Source: Chlorokybus atmophyticus (Eukaryota > Plantae > Mesostigma and Chlorokybus algae). Taken from it: a DNA stretch of 64,000 bases. The DNA lies in NCBI GenBank assembly GCA_009103225.1, contig RHPI01001037.1, positions 1,154,916 through 1,218,915 of the forward strand, written 5' to 3'. The position numbers and the translations under genes were made by a program. Each line of letters begins with the position of its first letter. The stretch's first letter is position 1. Positions 1 to 11,210 of this stretch are shown piece after piece. The notes beneath the pieces are model-generated. The model did not search any database. It was not told the DNA's origin and saw nothing but the letters and a program-made list of their open reading frames with translations.

Positions 1-3000
1 AAAGAGCGTGGTGGTTTCTTGGAGGAGTGTATGTTGTTGGTCCCGAACAACGCGCGTCTCGTGTTCCTTTCTGCTACCGTGCCAAATGCGAAGGAGTTTG
101 CGGATTGGGTCACCAAGATCCATAAGCAACCGTGCCATATTGTATATACGGACTTCAGACCTACCCCTTTGCAGGTAAAACACCAGCATGCCCCGTTTAG
201 GTCAAGGTACGCCTTGTAAGAGGCACGATGTTGGAACCACTGGTATGCATCGTCAAGTTGTAGATGCGCCACCACCTCTTCTTTCACAGCACTTCATCTT
301 TCCGGCTGGCGGAGATGGGATATTCCTTGTCGTGGATGAGAAGTCCAAGTTCAGGCAGGACCACTTTCAGAAGGCCATGGACATGCTGTCGGCAGCAACT
401 CAGGTATGAAGCCTGGCTTGGAAGTTCATTTGCATTCTTTGCACTCAAACGTGAGTACTTAGTGCTTCCTGATGTTCATGCACTGTATTTGTTTAGTTTA
501 TGATGGTGTCCACTGGTTTATGCAGTTCAGTATGTACAGTTTGTTGCGTTCGCCTCTGGTAGTGGCACCCATGTCCAGATATGTCAGTCAACGCTCGGGT
601 GATGTTTGGTGACCATGCAGGCTGATGCGAACAAGAAGTCTATCAGCGGTCCTAGTGACATCTACAAGCTCGTGCGCATGGTCATGGCCAAGCACTGTGA
701 TCCCTGCATTGTGTTTAGCTTCAGCAAGCGTCAGTGCGAGGCTCATGCCCTTCAGATGGCTGACCTCGATCTCAATGATGACGAGGAGAGAATATTGGTG
801 GAAGGCATGTGCAACAATGCGATAAAGTCCCTCAGCGATGATGACAAGCGATTGCCGCAGGTGCTGTGCCCAATAGATGCAACTTGTGTGGTGCAATACA
901 AGAATGTTGTGCTGTATGTGGCGGTCAGCATGTCGTCATGTGACCTGAGATCAAAATACCTGAGTTGCCAGAGCACAGAGCAGGAAGTAGCCAGTTGACC
1001 TTGTGTATCTGATACATGCAGGTGACAGCAATTCTGCCTCTCTTGAGGCGCGGCATCGGCGTGCATTATTCCGGGTTGTTGCCTATCATCAAAGAGGTCA
1101 TTGAGATATTGTTCCAGGTATTGGTGGTGGCATCTCATGTCTGTGCGCTGCATCATTGTTGCATCGTCAAGCAGCGAGCAAAGCTCAACACTGAGTTGCA
1201 TGCACATTGCAGCAAGGCTTGTTGAAGGTTCTTTTTGCCACCGAGACTTGCAGCATCGGCCTCAATATGCCGGCTAAGACTGTCATCTTCACCTCCGTAC
1301 GCAAATTTGATGGCGAGGACTTTCACTGGATATCATCCGGCGAGTACATTCAGGTACACTTGTACCACACATGTTGTCATGTGCCAACCCTATTGCACCT
1401 CCCACCCTATCATAATGTTCGAATTTGTACTTGTGTGTTTGTCAAACAGATGAGTGGAAGGGCAGGTCGAAGGGGTTTGGATGACAGAGGGGTTGTCATT
1501 CTCATGGTGGATGAGCGGATGGAGCCCAGCGTGGCAAAGGGCATGTTGAAGGGCCGAACTGACACGCTTGACTCCAGCTTGCACCTGTCGTACTCAACCC
1601 TTCTCAACATGCTGCGCATGGAAGACGCTTTGCCTGAGTGTCTACTGCGGAACAGCTATAAGCAGTTTCAGACCGACAGGTCTCTTCCGCATCTTAGGGT
1701 ATGCTGGTGTGCTGCTGTCCGTGCTTGTGCGCATGCTGTACCGAGTCTCACAACTTTGCTATAGAGAAAGGTGGAGGATCTGGAGGCCAAGCGGGCAGCG
1801 ATTGAGATTGAAGGTGAAACAGAGTTGGAAGACTTCTATTCGCTTCGGCGACAACTATCTGAGCTGCGTGCAGAGTTGAGGCAACAGGTAAGCGTGACTG
1901 GACGACGACTGCAATGGTGTCGTGTTGTTAAGCATGACATAAGCTCGACCGCAAAGCTGGCGTGCAAGCATTGTTGTCGCTGGTCGGGAAAGTGGTATGT
2001 ATGCTGTGCACAAGTAGCATTGTATCAGGAACTGAAGATGTCACACAACCCCAGCAGGTTGACAGCAACGCCAACAAAAAGCTTGCTCAACGCATTGAAA
2101 CGCTGGAAGGCATGCTGCGCAAGCATCCACAGATGAAGCGGGCAGACGCAGCTGACTCCCTTCAGCTTATTACACAGAAGGCCCAGCTGGCAGTGGAGAT
2201 ACAACATCTGAAACTGGAAGAAAAATCTGCTTGCTCCATGGTGTTAATATCTGAGTTGAACGCAAAGCGGCAATTGTTAAAGCGATTAGGCTACATTGAT
2301 GAAGCTGGAGTTGTACAGGTGGGTAGCTTGGTAGCTATCGTAGCTATTGGATTGTAGAGGCGTTGGAGGTTGCAGATCAGTCTTTGTGATGAAGTTGCCA
2401 TCTCTATCAGCAGCGCCCAGTGAAGTTGGATCGAAGCCGCTTCTATTGGTCACTGCTGATTGAAGATGCACTCATTGTTAATCTTGTGATCTGTTGAATA
2501 TGCAGGTCAAGGGTCGTGTAGCTTCTGAGATCTCCTGCGCGGATGAGTTGGTTCTGACCGAGATGATATGCAATGGAGCATTCAATGAGCTCACCCCCGA
2601 GGAGACAGCGGCGCTGTGCTCATGTTTTGTTTGGTCGGAGAAGGTTAACTCCGAAGCTGCCACGCTTACAGAGCCGCTTGTTGAAGCACTTGGCGTGTTG
2701 CAGGACACTGCGCTGCGAGTGGGGAAGGTAAGTTAACATATGCATAGGCACTCCATAGCAACTTAGAACAGCTATTGGGTAGGCGTTGTCATTGGATGCA
2801 TGTGGAGACCATTTTGAATCTGATGTCACATTACTGTCAGTATGAGTGTGAGCGTTTCGGCATTGTCATTTGACAATCTTCCCTGGCCAACCCAGTGGTG
2901 TTTGTATTGCAGGTGGCTACTGAATGCAAGGTGGAGTTGGATGTAGACAAGTATGCAAACTCTTTTCGGACTGACTTCGTGGAGGCGGTGTATGCTTGGG

Positions 3001-4740
3001 CTAGAGGGGCCAAGTTCTCAGAGGTATTGTTGTGCTGTTTTTCAGCACAGCACTTGTTCCGTTGCTGCGATAGGTTGGTCGTGCAAAAGGCCAACCCTTA
3101 AGTTGCGCAGGTGTTGCAGCTGTGCAAGGTGTCTGACGGCAGTCTCATATGTGCACTTCAGCGTCTGGAGAAACTGCTCCAACAAATGTTTGCTGCAGCA
3201 CGTGCACTTGGTGAAACAGATGTTGAGGTCAGGTTTGAGGATGCCATCAAGACAATCAAGCACGGGGTTGTTTTTGGAATGTCTTTGGAGGACAATACAG
3301 AGCGGCAGGAGAAGGCAGATGGCTTGCCATACAGCCAGTTTGGGAGTGATCATCTCATGCAGGTGCTTCAGCGGCTGTCTGCCCGTGATCTTTGCCAGCT
3401 TGCTGCAACCTGCCGCCGCAACCGCGAGCTTGTTGAGCGAGAGGACCTATGGCAATTCCTCTGCCGCAGAGATCTGCAGCTTGAGGGTGGCAATGGACGC
3501 AGCTGGCGGCAGGTGTACCGAGAAGCCCACACATTGGAGGCTGCCACCTGGCACGAGCTTGGGTCTGTGCAGCGGGGAGCTGGAGGTGGCGAAGCTAGCC
3601 CGCAGGCTCGTGCTTCGCATATATGTAGTTGGGCCGCTGGCAAGTTTGTTGTGTTTGGAGGCGGTTGCGACGGAGGTGAGTATAGAGGCATGCTCCTTTG
3701 TTTGCGCGTTGCTAAGTAGGCATGCAATTGTATGCTGCAGCAATGGTTGGGTTGCTATCAGCATGCAAACAGCTTGTTGCATACCTGTTTCATGCAGTAT
3801 GTGTTGTGCAGGCCGCCACCTGAATGATACTTGGACTGCTTGCATCGAATGGGTTTCGGCAAAGCCAACTTGTACCTGGCGTCGACTGCAGTTGCCCAAT
3901 CAGCCACCTGGGCGGTTCACACATTCGTGCGCTACTGTTGGAAGTTGCGTGGTTGTTTATGGCGGCATCATGGACACAGGAGCGCGCATGAGTGACACGT
4001 GGGCGCTCGACCTGGCTCGGGAAGAGCCTTGCTGGAAACAGCTGCAAGCAAGTGTATTCCCTCCAGCCAGAGGTGCAGCAGCCGCTTGCTATGCTGGGGG
4101 CAGCCGTGTCGTTGTGCATGGAGGCATAGATTCTGTGGGCAATCGGCTGTCGGACTTGTGGGTATTGGATCTCAGCAGAAGCGTTGAAGAACTCTCCTGG
4201 GAGGAAACTCCATCAGTGGGAGCTCCTACAGGACGTTCAGGTCACACACTGACATGGGTGGGCAGTGGTAAGCTTCTTATGTTCGGTGGTCGGGATCAGT
4301 CTTTCGAGGTGGTGGGAGATACATGGCTGCTAGATCTTGAGGCAGACCCGCCTCGCTGGACACAATTGAACAGTCAGGTGTCTCCCACCGGGCGCGCTGG
4401 ACATGTGACTGTGCCTATATTGGGGGGCAGGGCCTTGTTGTTTGGAGGCGAAGACTCCAACAGAGCTCGCAAGAATGATGTCTGGGTCATTGATCCTCAT
4501 GCACCCAATGTGCAGTGGCGGGAGGTGGTGTTGTTTGGTGACAAGCCAGTGCCTAGGTCTTTCCATGGAGGTGCCGTCAACGAAGATGGGACGACAGTTC
4601 TTGTGTTTGGGGGCATGATTGATGGTGCTTGTGATCCTTCCGGCATCGCAACTGGTTCCAGCTCAGAGTTGCCGCACCCAATGCCACCTCAATTTCGCTT
4701 TGATGACGACATCCGGCTTTTATCCTTGACCCAAAATTGA
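1..4740 (+). CDS. MTR4: Mtr4/HEN2-like Ski2-family RNA helicase (5'-truncated by the window edge) fused in frame to an F-box and Kelch-repeat module
   Basis: Manual GT-AG splicing gives exons <1-174, 290-403, 621-860, 1022-1117, 1213-1353, 1450-1698, 1765-1887, 2058-2318, 2506-2727, 2913-3023, 3111-3675, 3812-4740, and the frame is maintained. Ski2/Mtr4 motifs: [83 protein letters not shown] and a DSHCT-like end. There is no stop after the helicase; stop TGA is at 4738-4740. Confidence 0.9.
3279..4740 (+). CDS. F-box/Kelch-repeat module (resembles plant At1g51550-type F-box/kelch); the C-terminal half of the fusion, or a separately initiated product from ATG 3279
   Basis: F-box [34 protein letters not shown] at ~3324-3470. 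Kelch repeats follow: [16 protein letters not shown]|GRHLNDTW (intron 3676-3811), [65 protein letters not shown]. Confidence 0.85.
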
Positions 4741-5924
4741 ACCCGTTTGTGTACATTCCAACCTCTGGCACCCGTTCTGTCGTCCTTTACACATGAATTC
4801 CCAATGTGTCCTCCAGACCATGGAGTTGATCAGGCACTGACCAGCTGTGCCTATATACATGCTGCGCTGTTGTGCCATTCTGAGTTCCAAGTTGATTTAT
4901 TACTGACCTTTACTGTTTGCGTTAGATGATGTCCTTGGGTGAAAGAGCGGCCGCCGTCAACTGTCTTGTGAAGCAGGTTAGTATGTTGGACAGCTCGATT
5001 GCATTGCTACCAAGGCAGTATATGTCGATGTTCAAGCATAACTCGTTCTTTGCACAGCTGTTGCTCAGACTCATGTAGGCACTTTTACTCTCAATTAGCC
5101 ACTGGTTCTGAATTTGTTTTGGTGCACAAGCAGCAGCAGTCTGATATTGGGCCATTTGCAGCCGCCTGGTGGAGTTTGTCAGTAGACGTCATCCTTTAAC
5201 GGTAAGTATGAACAAACTTGGCTAGAACCGCCGGATGGTGTCTTGCACAAGCTAGGATGTGCCTGCACATAAAACTGGTGTATGATGTACACGCCACGTG
5301 CTCACGCTGTTTGTGTACACAAAGACAATGTTTGTATGTGTGTGGTACACTACGTTGTATTACACATGGTCTCTGTACAGTCAGTGCATATTGACAGTAT
5401 TGTGCTATATGTTGAACATTGCCTGTGTGTACATGGACGGTGTATACATGTGGTGTATCATTTTGTGTTGCTAGTAACTAGCTAAGTCTCGGTTGCTGGT
5501 GCAGGTGCAAAGCTCTCCAGGCCATCCCAGTGCAGGCCGCTGCGGGTAGCGTGCAAGTTTCATGTGCAAAAAGCCAGCTATTGCTCTGTCCCGCTGGTGG
5601 CAAGGAGATCAGGTTCAGGAATTTCATGTTGCGGTTGGCCCATCAGGTGTGCTATGGACAAGCGGCTGTATTTTAAGAACAAACAGAGCAAGAGTTAACT
5701 TTGTCGTCGTCGTCGTCGTCGTCGGGCCTAAATCACATTGCACAGGTCACTCTGCACACCGGCCTTAGAGATCTTCAATTGTATGTATTTGCGTGGTGAG
5801 TTGATTGTTCTGGATGAAAGGACAACCATTACCAAAGCCAAGCTTCTGCCGCTGCTCGTACGGTTGCAGGACTTGTCTGAGTGAACCATTGCTTGTAAGC
5901 TCCGATCCAGCTCAATAAGTATCT

Positions 5925-7190
5925 TTAGGTCATCACGTAGTATGCTGTGGGGATGATTATTTGACCTTCTACTGTTGTCCACAGATAGTGGACCCTGCTG
6001 CAGAGCGGCAGGCCAGGCGCTGCTCTGTTTATATATGTCGTCAACAGCGCGAAGCAGTTTTGTGGCCGAATCAACGACTGTAGGTTAGCACTAGGCGAGC
6101 GCATTGCATTGGAGGTTGTCAACAACGCAAGGAGCTGCATGAGCAGGTTTATGGCGATGTCAACCATGACATTCTTGGCGATGGTGCTCACTTGCTTGAT
6201 GTGTTACCGTCACCAAACATGGTAACTCACTGAACCTGCCAGCGGAGATTGGCCAACCATGGTAGGCGCACAGTAAGTGGTTGGTTGGAGCGGGCATGGA
6301 GTTTGGAGACGGGAGCAGCTGCATCAAGAGATCAGCGGTGGGGTCATCGCTGCATCGGCAACAATGTAAAGAATCGTAAACTTGGTCATCATGCACCACT
6401 TGTTGTTGATGAAAATTGCGTCATCCAAGGATTGATCATAGGCAATTTGGCCCACTTGTTTGAGAAGGCCTCGATTTGTGGCGCCTGCTTTCACCATTGC
6501 AGCCAGTGCAGGTCATCGTGGTCAGTCCTTGGACACAAAGTCACAGTGCATGGCTATGCTCAACTGCCATGAAGCATCCCGTGCCATGCATTCCTTGACA
6601 TAACACGCTTACTTTTCCTTATATCTGGATACACTTAGGTTCGTCACGCATGTCTTAGCACTGCTGAGTTGAGCAGTTACATCTGCCTGTGCCTATGCGG
6701 CATTGAGCAAACACAAACATTGAACTGAAGTCAACAATCAAATATGGTATGTTGTGTTTACGTTGAGAGTGTATAGATAATGCGGAATACAATAGCCCAT
6801 GCATAGCATCAAGCCTAGGTATCACCACAGCAGCACACAGCAAGCCATCAACGCGACGTTCCGCATTGCATGTGCAATTGAACACCGGGCTATTCAGCTC
6901 CTTGACCTAGCTCACTACCTGTAGCATCCCACTGGTCATGCAAGCATGCAATTCACGCATAAGCATCTGCCCACAGGGGCTGCTGTGCGCACGTGGAGTG
7001 GCGACAGTTGTGTATGGTAAAAGAGTTGCCAACTCTTTTACCCTACACACCATTGATTCTCAACAGTGTGGCATACTGTTGACAACCAATGCTGACTTCA
7101 CAGTGATCATCCCATCAAGACTGCACCATGCACTACATGGACTGTCCGGCGCGAAAGTGTTGTTGTTGCTTACATGAAAAGGGTTCATTT
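5925..7190 (-). CDS. Possible unannotated multi-exon gene of unknown product
   Basis: Several minus-strand segments have AG/GT boundaries and join in frame: MLMRELHACMTSGMLQ | AQADVTAQLSSAKTCVTNLSVSRYKEK | TDHDDLHWLQC | DDPTADLLMQLLPSPNSMPAPTNHLLCAYHGWPISAGRF. Start and end are not resolved and no family is recognised. Confidence 0.3.
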
Positions 7191-7685
7191 ATGTTGCACA
7201 GCGACTTCTCGAACACTGTTCGCTAAATACGCGTCCTGCATTATGGGACGCGGCTCGAACGGCTATGACGGTACCTGTGAATTCTCGCAGTGGTGAATGG
7301 GTCGGGGGAACTGGATTGGTTCCGCGCTTCTTCAGACTTCAGGCTTGGGACAGGGTTGAAGCCTGGTAGCGGCCTGCTGTGTAGGCCCACAACAGGCCGT
7401 CTGTGGGCCTACTGCGGCGGCGGCGGCGGCGGCGCTGCTCCTCCGTCTTGCTGGTTGCGGCAATGGCTATTTTTCTCGCCGAAATAGAGTAGTTGTGTAC
7501 TTGTTGGTGGTTGATTAGTACGTAGCAATGACACTAGCACAAAGCAAGTGCCTTCTTTCACAAGCCATCTTCTCTTGCCACACACGCAAACTCGCACACA
7601 CGCACACACGCAAACGCCCAAAGCTTGCCCGGAAATCGGCGCCAGCTGTCGTTGCTGCCGCCACCGGTGCAGCGTGGCCTGTGAC

Positions 7686-10600
7686 ATGGCCGATTACATG
7701 GCCCGCAGCTGCACCATGGGCCGGTGCGCCCCAGAAGACGGTGCTCCGGCTTTGGAAGCAGGCCTCGCTGCTAACGGCTGCGTTGTCGCCGTCCGCAAGG
7801 TGCTACGCTGTGAGTTGTATGCCCTCCATGGTCTTGCATGCTTTCTTGCATGTTGTTGGCCTGCATTGCGCTTAACCAGCTATGACGGCAACATCTTGTG
7901 CTGCAATATACCCATGCATGCCGTTCAGTCGGTGTGCTTACACGCAGAGAATGTCCAGTTAGGTGTTGTCAGCGAGGTCATAGCCGTGCCTTACGTGTGC
8001 GGTGTGCTAGCAGTCTGTACATAAGCGCTGTCTGTTGTCGCATCCAACAGCATCTACACACAGCATTGTCTTGCTGGGTGTCTCGCTGTCAACAGTATTC
8101 GGCAACATGTACATAAAACCATTTACGTTTATCCTCCAGATTTGTACATCAGTCAGTGCATGCATTGCTGTTGTCTGCACTTCTTAATATGCATGTCGAA
8201 AGTCAGGTGGTACATATGTCGCACGGTATCAAGTTGCAATCTACATGCTGTCACAGTGGTAGTCACGATGTCATATCAGGGCTTGCCTGGCAATTCAGGT
8301 CTGTGCTATGCATGCCACATTGTTGTGTCCTGATTGCATGTTGCAATGCAGGGAGTTGCTGTGGGCTGGCCTTGGTGCAACCGCTGCTCTGTGCATTGCA
8401 GCGCTGTTGAGATGGGTGATGTCTCGCTATGACGACGAGCCAATGCCCCCCGCATTGTACAATGACATGGGCCTCAGGCGCAGTGTCTCTTCTGCTGGTG
8501 CACCGCCATATTTGAGGAATGGTCGTGCGCTGATATCGTTGCCGCCTTCCGCAGTTCATGAAGAGAGTGAGAGCGTCGAATGGGTCAACATGGTGCTGCG
8601 GAAGGTAGGTATGCCAGTTCTTCTATCGTAAGCAGTGCATCTTATGCCTCCATAGCATGCACTGTCAATGGGTAACCATTAGGAGCTGTTGCCACATAGA
8701 GTAACTGCTGTTCTGTATTGGGTTTGTTGGAACACGACTTAAGTCCTCATCGCATCCCCAAAGTTACAAAGCGCGTGTTGTGCATAGGTGTGGTATGTTT
8801 ATCAAAGAAACTTGGAGCGATGGCTTGTGGACATCTTGCAGCCGGCTATTGATTCCCTAAGCACTCCAGCCTACGTGCGCCGCGTGGTCATAGCGGGATT
8901 CACACTTGCTGCAGAGAGCGCTACCTTTCGCAACATGCAGCGCAAATCCAGCCGCCAAGCAAATGACCTGCAGTACGTTCTGGTGCATGACTAACAGCAA
9001 CATGACACGCAATATCTAGGCAGGCAGGCGCAACTGAGTTGCGTCAACTGCAGGTACCATCTTGATCTGCGGTACACCGGAGGTGCAAAGGCATCTGTCA
9101 CAGTCAAGTTGGCCCACCCCAAGTTGAAGGCTTTGCATGGGGACATACCAATTGACGTCTACGATCTGGATGTGGACGCTCAGGTACTGTTATTGCCCAA
9201 CATAAACAGGCCAGGCAAGAGCATGTGCACTGTTGCAGCTGCAAGTATCAAGCCAGGAGTTGATTGGAGGCTTTAGTCAATGGGATGCGTGTACTAGTGC
9301 GTAGAGTAATGCTTGATGTAATCGTTTTAGTTGACATGATATTGTATTTTTACAGCTGTGGGTTAGACTGCGCCTCTCTCCAGTATCACCTTGGGTATCC
9401 AATGTAAGTCTTGCATTCGTGTCACCACCCAAGATAAGCATCAAGCTTGCGCCATTCGGCCGAGTCAACCTGATGTCCATCCCATTCATCTCGAGGTGAG
9501 CTACTTGCCACCTCCAGTGCAAGCATGGCATGTTCCTGGCTGACTTGTACACCATTGTTGACAGTTTTCTCTCGAAGTTGTTGACGGAAGACCTGCCGGC
9601 CATGTTCATTTTTCCTAAGTGCATTCGATTTGACATCAAGCCCACAGAATCTGCTGTTGCAGCTGCCATGGTTGCGAATGGAGGCAAGCAGCTCAGTGCC
9701 ATGCCACCTCCAGCACATGACTCTTTTGTTGGAGAGCTGTCTGTCACCCTGCGAGAGGCGCGCGGTCTCCCAACCGTGCGTTTTCTCAGTAAGTTCCCTA
9801 GTAGTATGTTGTACTACATGGCGACATGGCGACATGACCAATGCGGTTTGCTGCAAAGCTTGTGACATTCTGCCATGCTGCTTGCTGACCCGCCAGTCTG
9901 CAGGATGGGGCCGCAGTGATCCTTACTGCGTTTTGTCGCTGGGCACGCAAGTGCGCCAAAGCAAGCGCAACACGGATACTTCGTTCGTGCCAGCAAACTC
10001 TTCCTCTGCAGTCTGGAACCAAAGCTTCAGTTTCTTGGTGGAGGACCCACGTGAACAAATGCTGACCATTCGCATCCGCGACGCCGCTTCTCTTAATCTG
10101 AACATTGGCTTTTTAGAGGTAAGACATGCCCTCTTCCCGCAAGTGTGTGCCGTTGTTTATTGGTTGGGCTTGTTGTTACAAGTATACATTGGCAGGTTGA
10201 AATCAAGGACTTGGAAGAAGGCGTGGTGGCAGACATGTGGTTCCCCCTCCAAAAGAAGCTTCCTTCCGGTCAGGCTGTTTTGACAAAAGGTCAGGTCAGG
10301 CTAGAGCTGGAGTACAAGTCTTTCGTGGAGGAAGCGCCGCAGACGCCGGTTGCTGAGGAGTTGACTGATGAGCTCGGGAGGTCTGCTGTCGACGCCAGGG
10401 ACCGGAAGAAGTCGGAAGAAGCTGATGCCGTGGAGGAGCTTGCGCAAGTACACGGCGATGCGATGGCAGAAGACTTGGTGGGCGCATTGTCGGACGATAT
10501 AAAGGAGGTTGCGGAAGCCAGCGATGCAGCGGATAGTGCTGCCAGTGCCACGCGTGAGAGTGCTGATGAGTTGCAGGAGATGGCCGATGTTGCAGACGAT

Positions 10601-11210
10601 GGTGTACAGAAAGCAATGAGCGCGACCACTGCTACCAGTGCTGCCACCAATGGTACCACCATTGCTGCTACCACCAGCAAAGGTGCCATTGATCGTTCGA
10701 GACCAACAGAACGCACCCCGGCCACACTGACAGAAAGCCCCACGCATGGCACCGATCTCACCTTACACGACGTTGGTGACGAATTGAAGGGTCTGGAGCA
10801 AGGGGCGAAAGGCTCACTCGTAATGGATGCACCTAACACTGGTAGTAGTAGTAGTAGTAGTAGTAGTAGTGCCAAACAGGTGAAAGAGCAGGAGAAAGAA
10901 AAGAATGTCGTTGTGGTCGCTATCGAGCTGAAAGATCCTGAACCAAAAGAGCCTGAACCGAAAGAGGTCCTACTATCTAGCTCTTCACGCATTGTTGATG
11001 AGCCCACTGAGCTTGTGACTCAGGAGAGCCACAGGTTGCTTCCCATCAAACTAACAAAAGGTATGTGTCTGTGCAGAACTTTATGTCAGTGCAACATGGT
11101 GTGCGGAGAACCGACTCTACTGGTTCGCAGAGTTGATGATGTACGCCGGGCTAGTTTGGATCGCAAGCGGGCTGCTGGTTGCATTGGCTTGGGAGCGCAT
11201 ATTGAGGTAG
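7686..11210 (+). CDS. NTMC2T5: NTMC2T5-like synaptotagmin/tricalbin-type protein (N-terminal TM, SMP, C2, acidic tail, C-terminal TM)
   Basis: Spliced peptides ESVEWVNMVLRK|VWYVYQRNLERWLVDILQPAID, RKSSRQANDLQ|YHLDLRYTGGA, LWVRLRL, FLSKLLTEDLP, FVGELSVTLREA, RSDPYCVLSLG, WNQSFSFLVEDPREQ, GQVRLELEYKSFVEE match plant NTMC2T5 as I recall it. The last exon encodes the hydrophobic ELMMYAGLVWIASGLLVALAWERILR*. The start at 7686 and the small 5' exons are tentative. Confidence 0.85.

Noticed and set aside
2953-3811. N-terminal part of the 595-aa ORF 2953..4740 as a single-exon protein
   Set aside because: Only 3812 onward is the true Kelch frame. Upstream the real protein uses a different frame (3111-3675) and the ORF runs through introns.
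7245-7265. tRNA B-box-like GTTCGAGCC on the minus strand
   Set aside because: No A-box, acceptor stem or cloverleaf around it.
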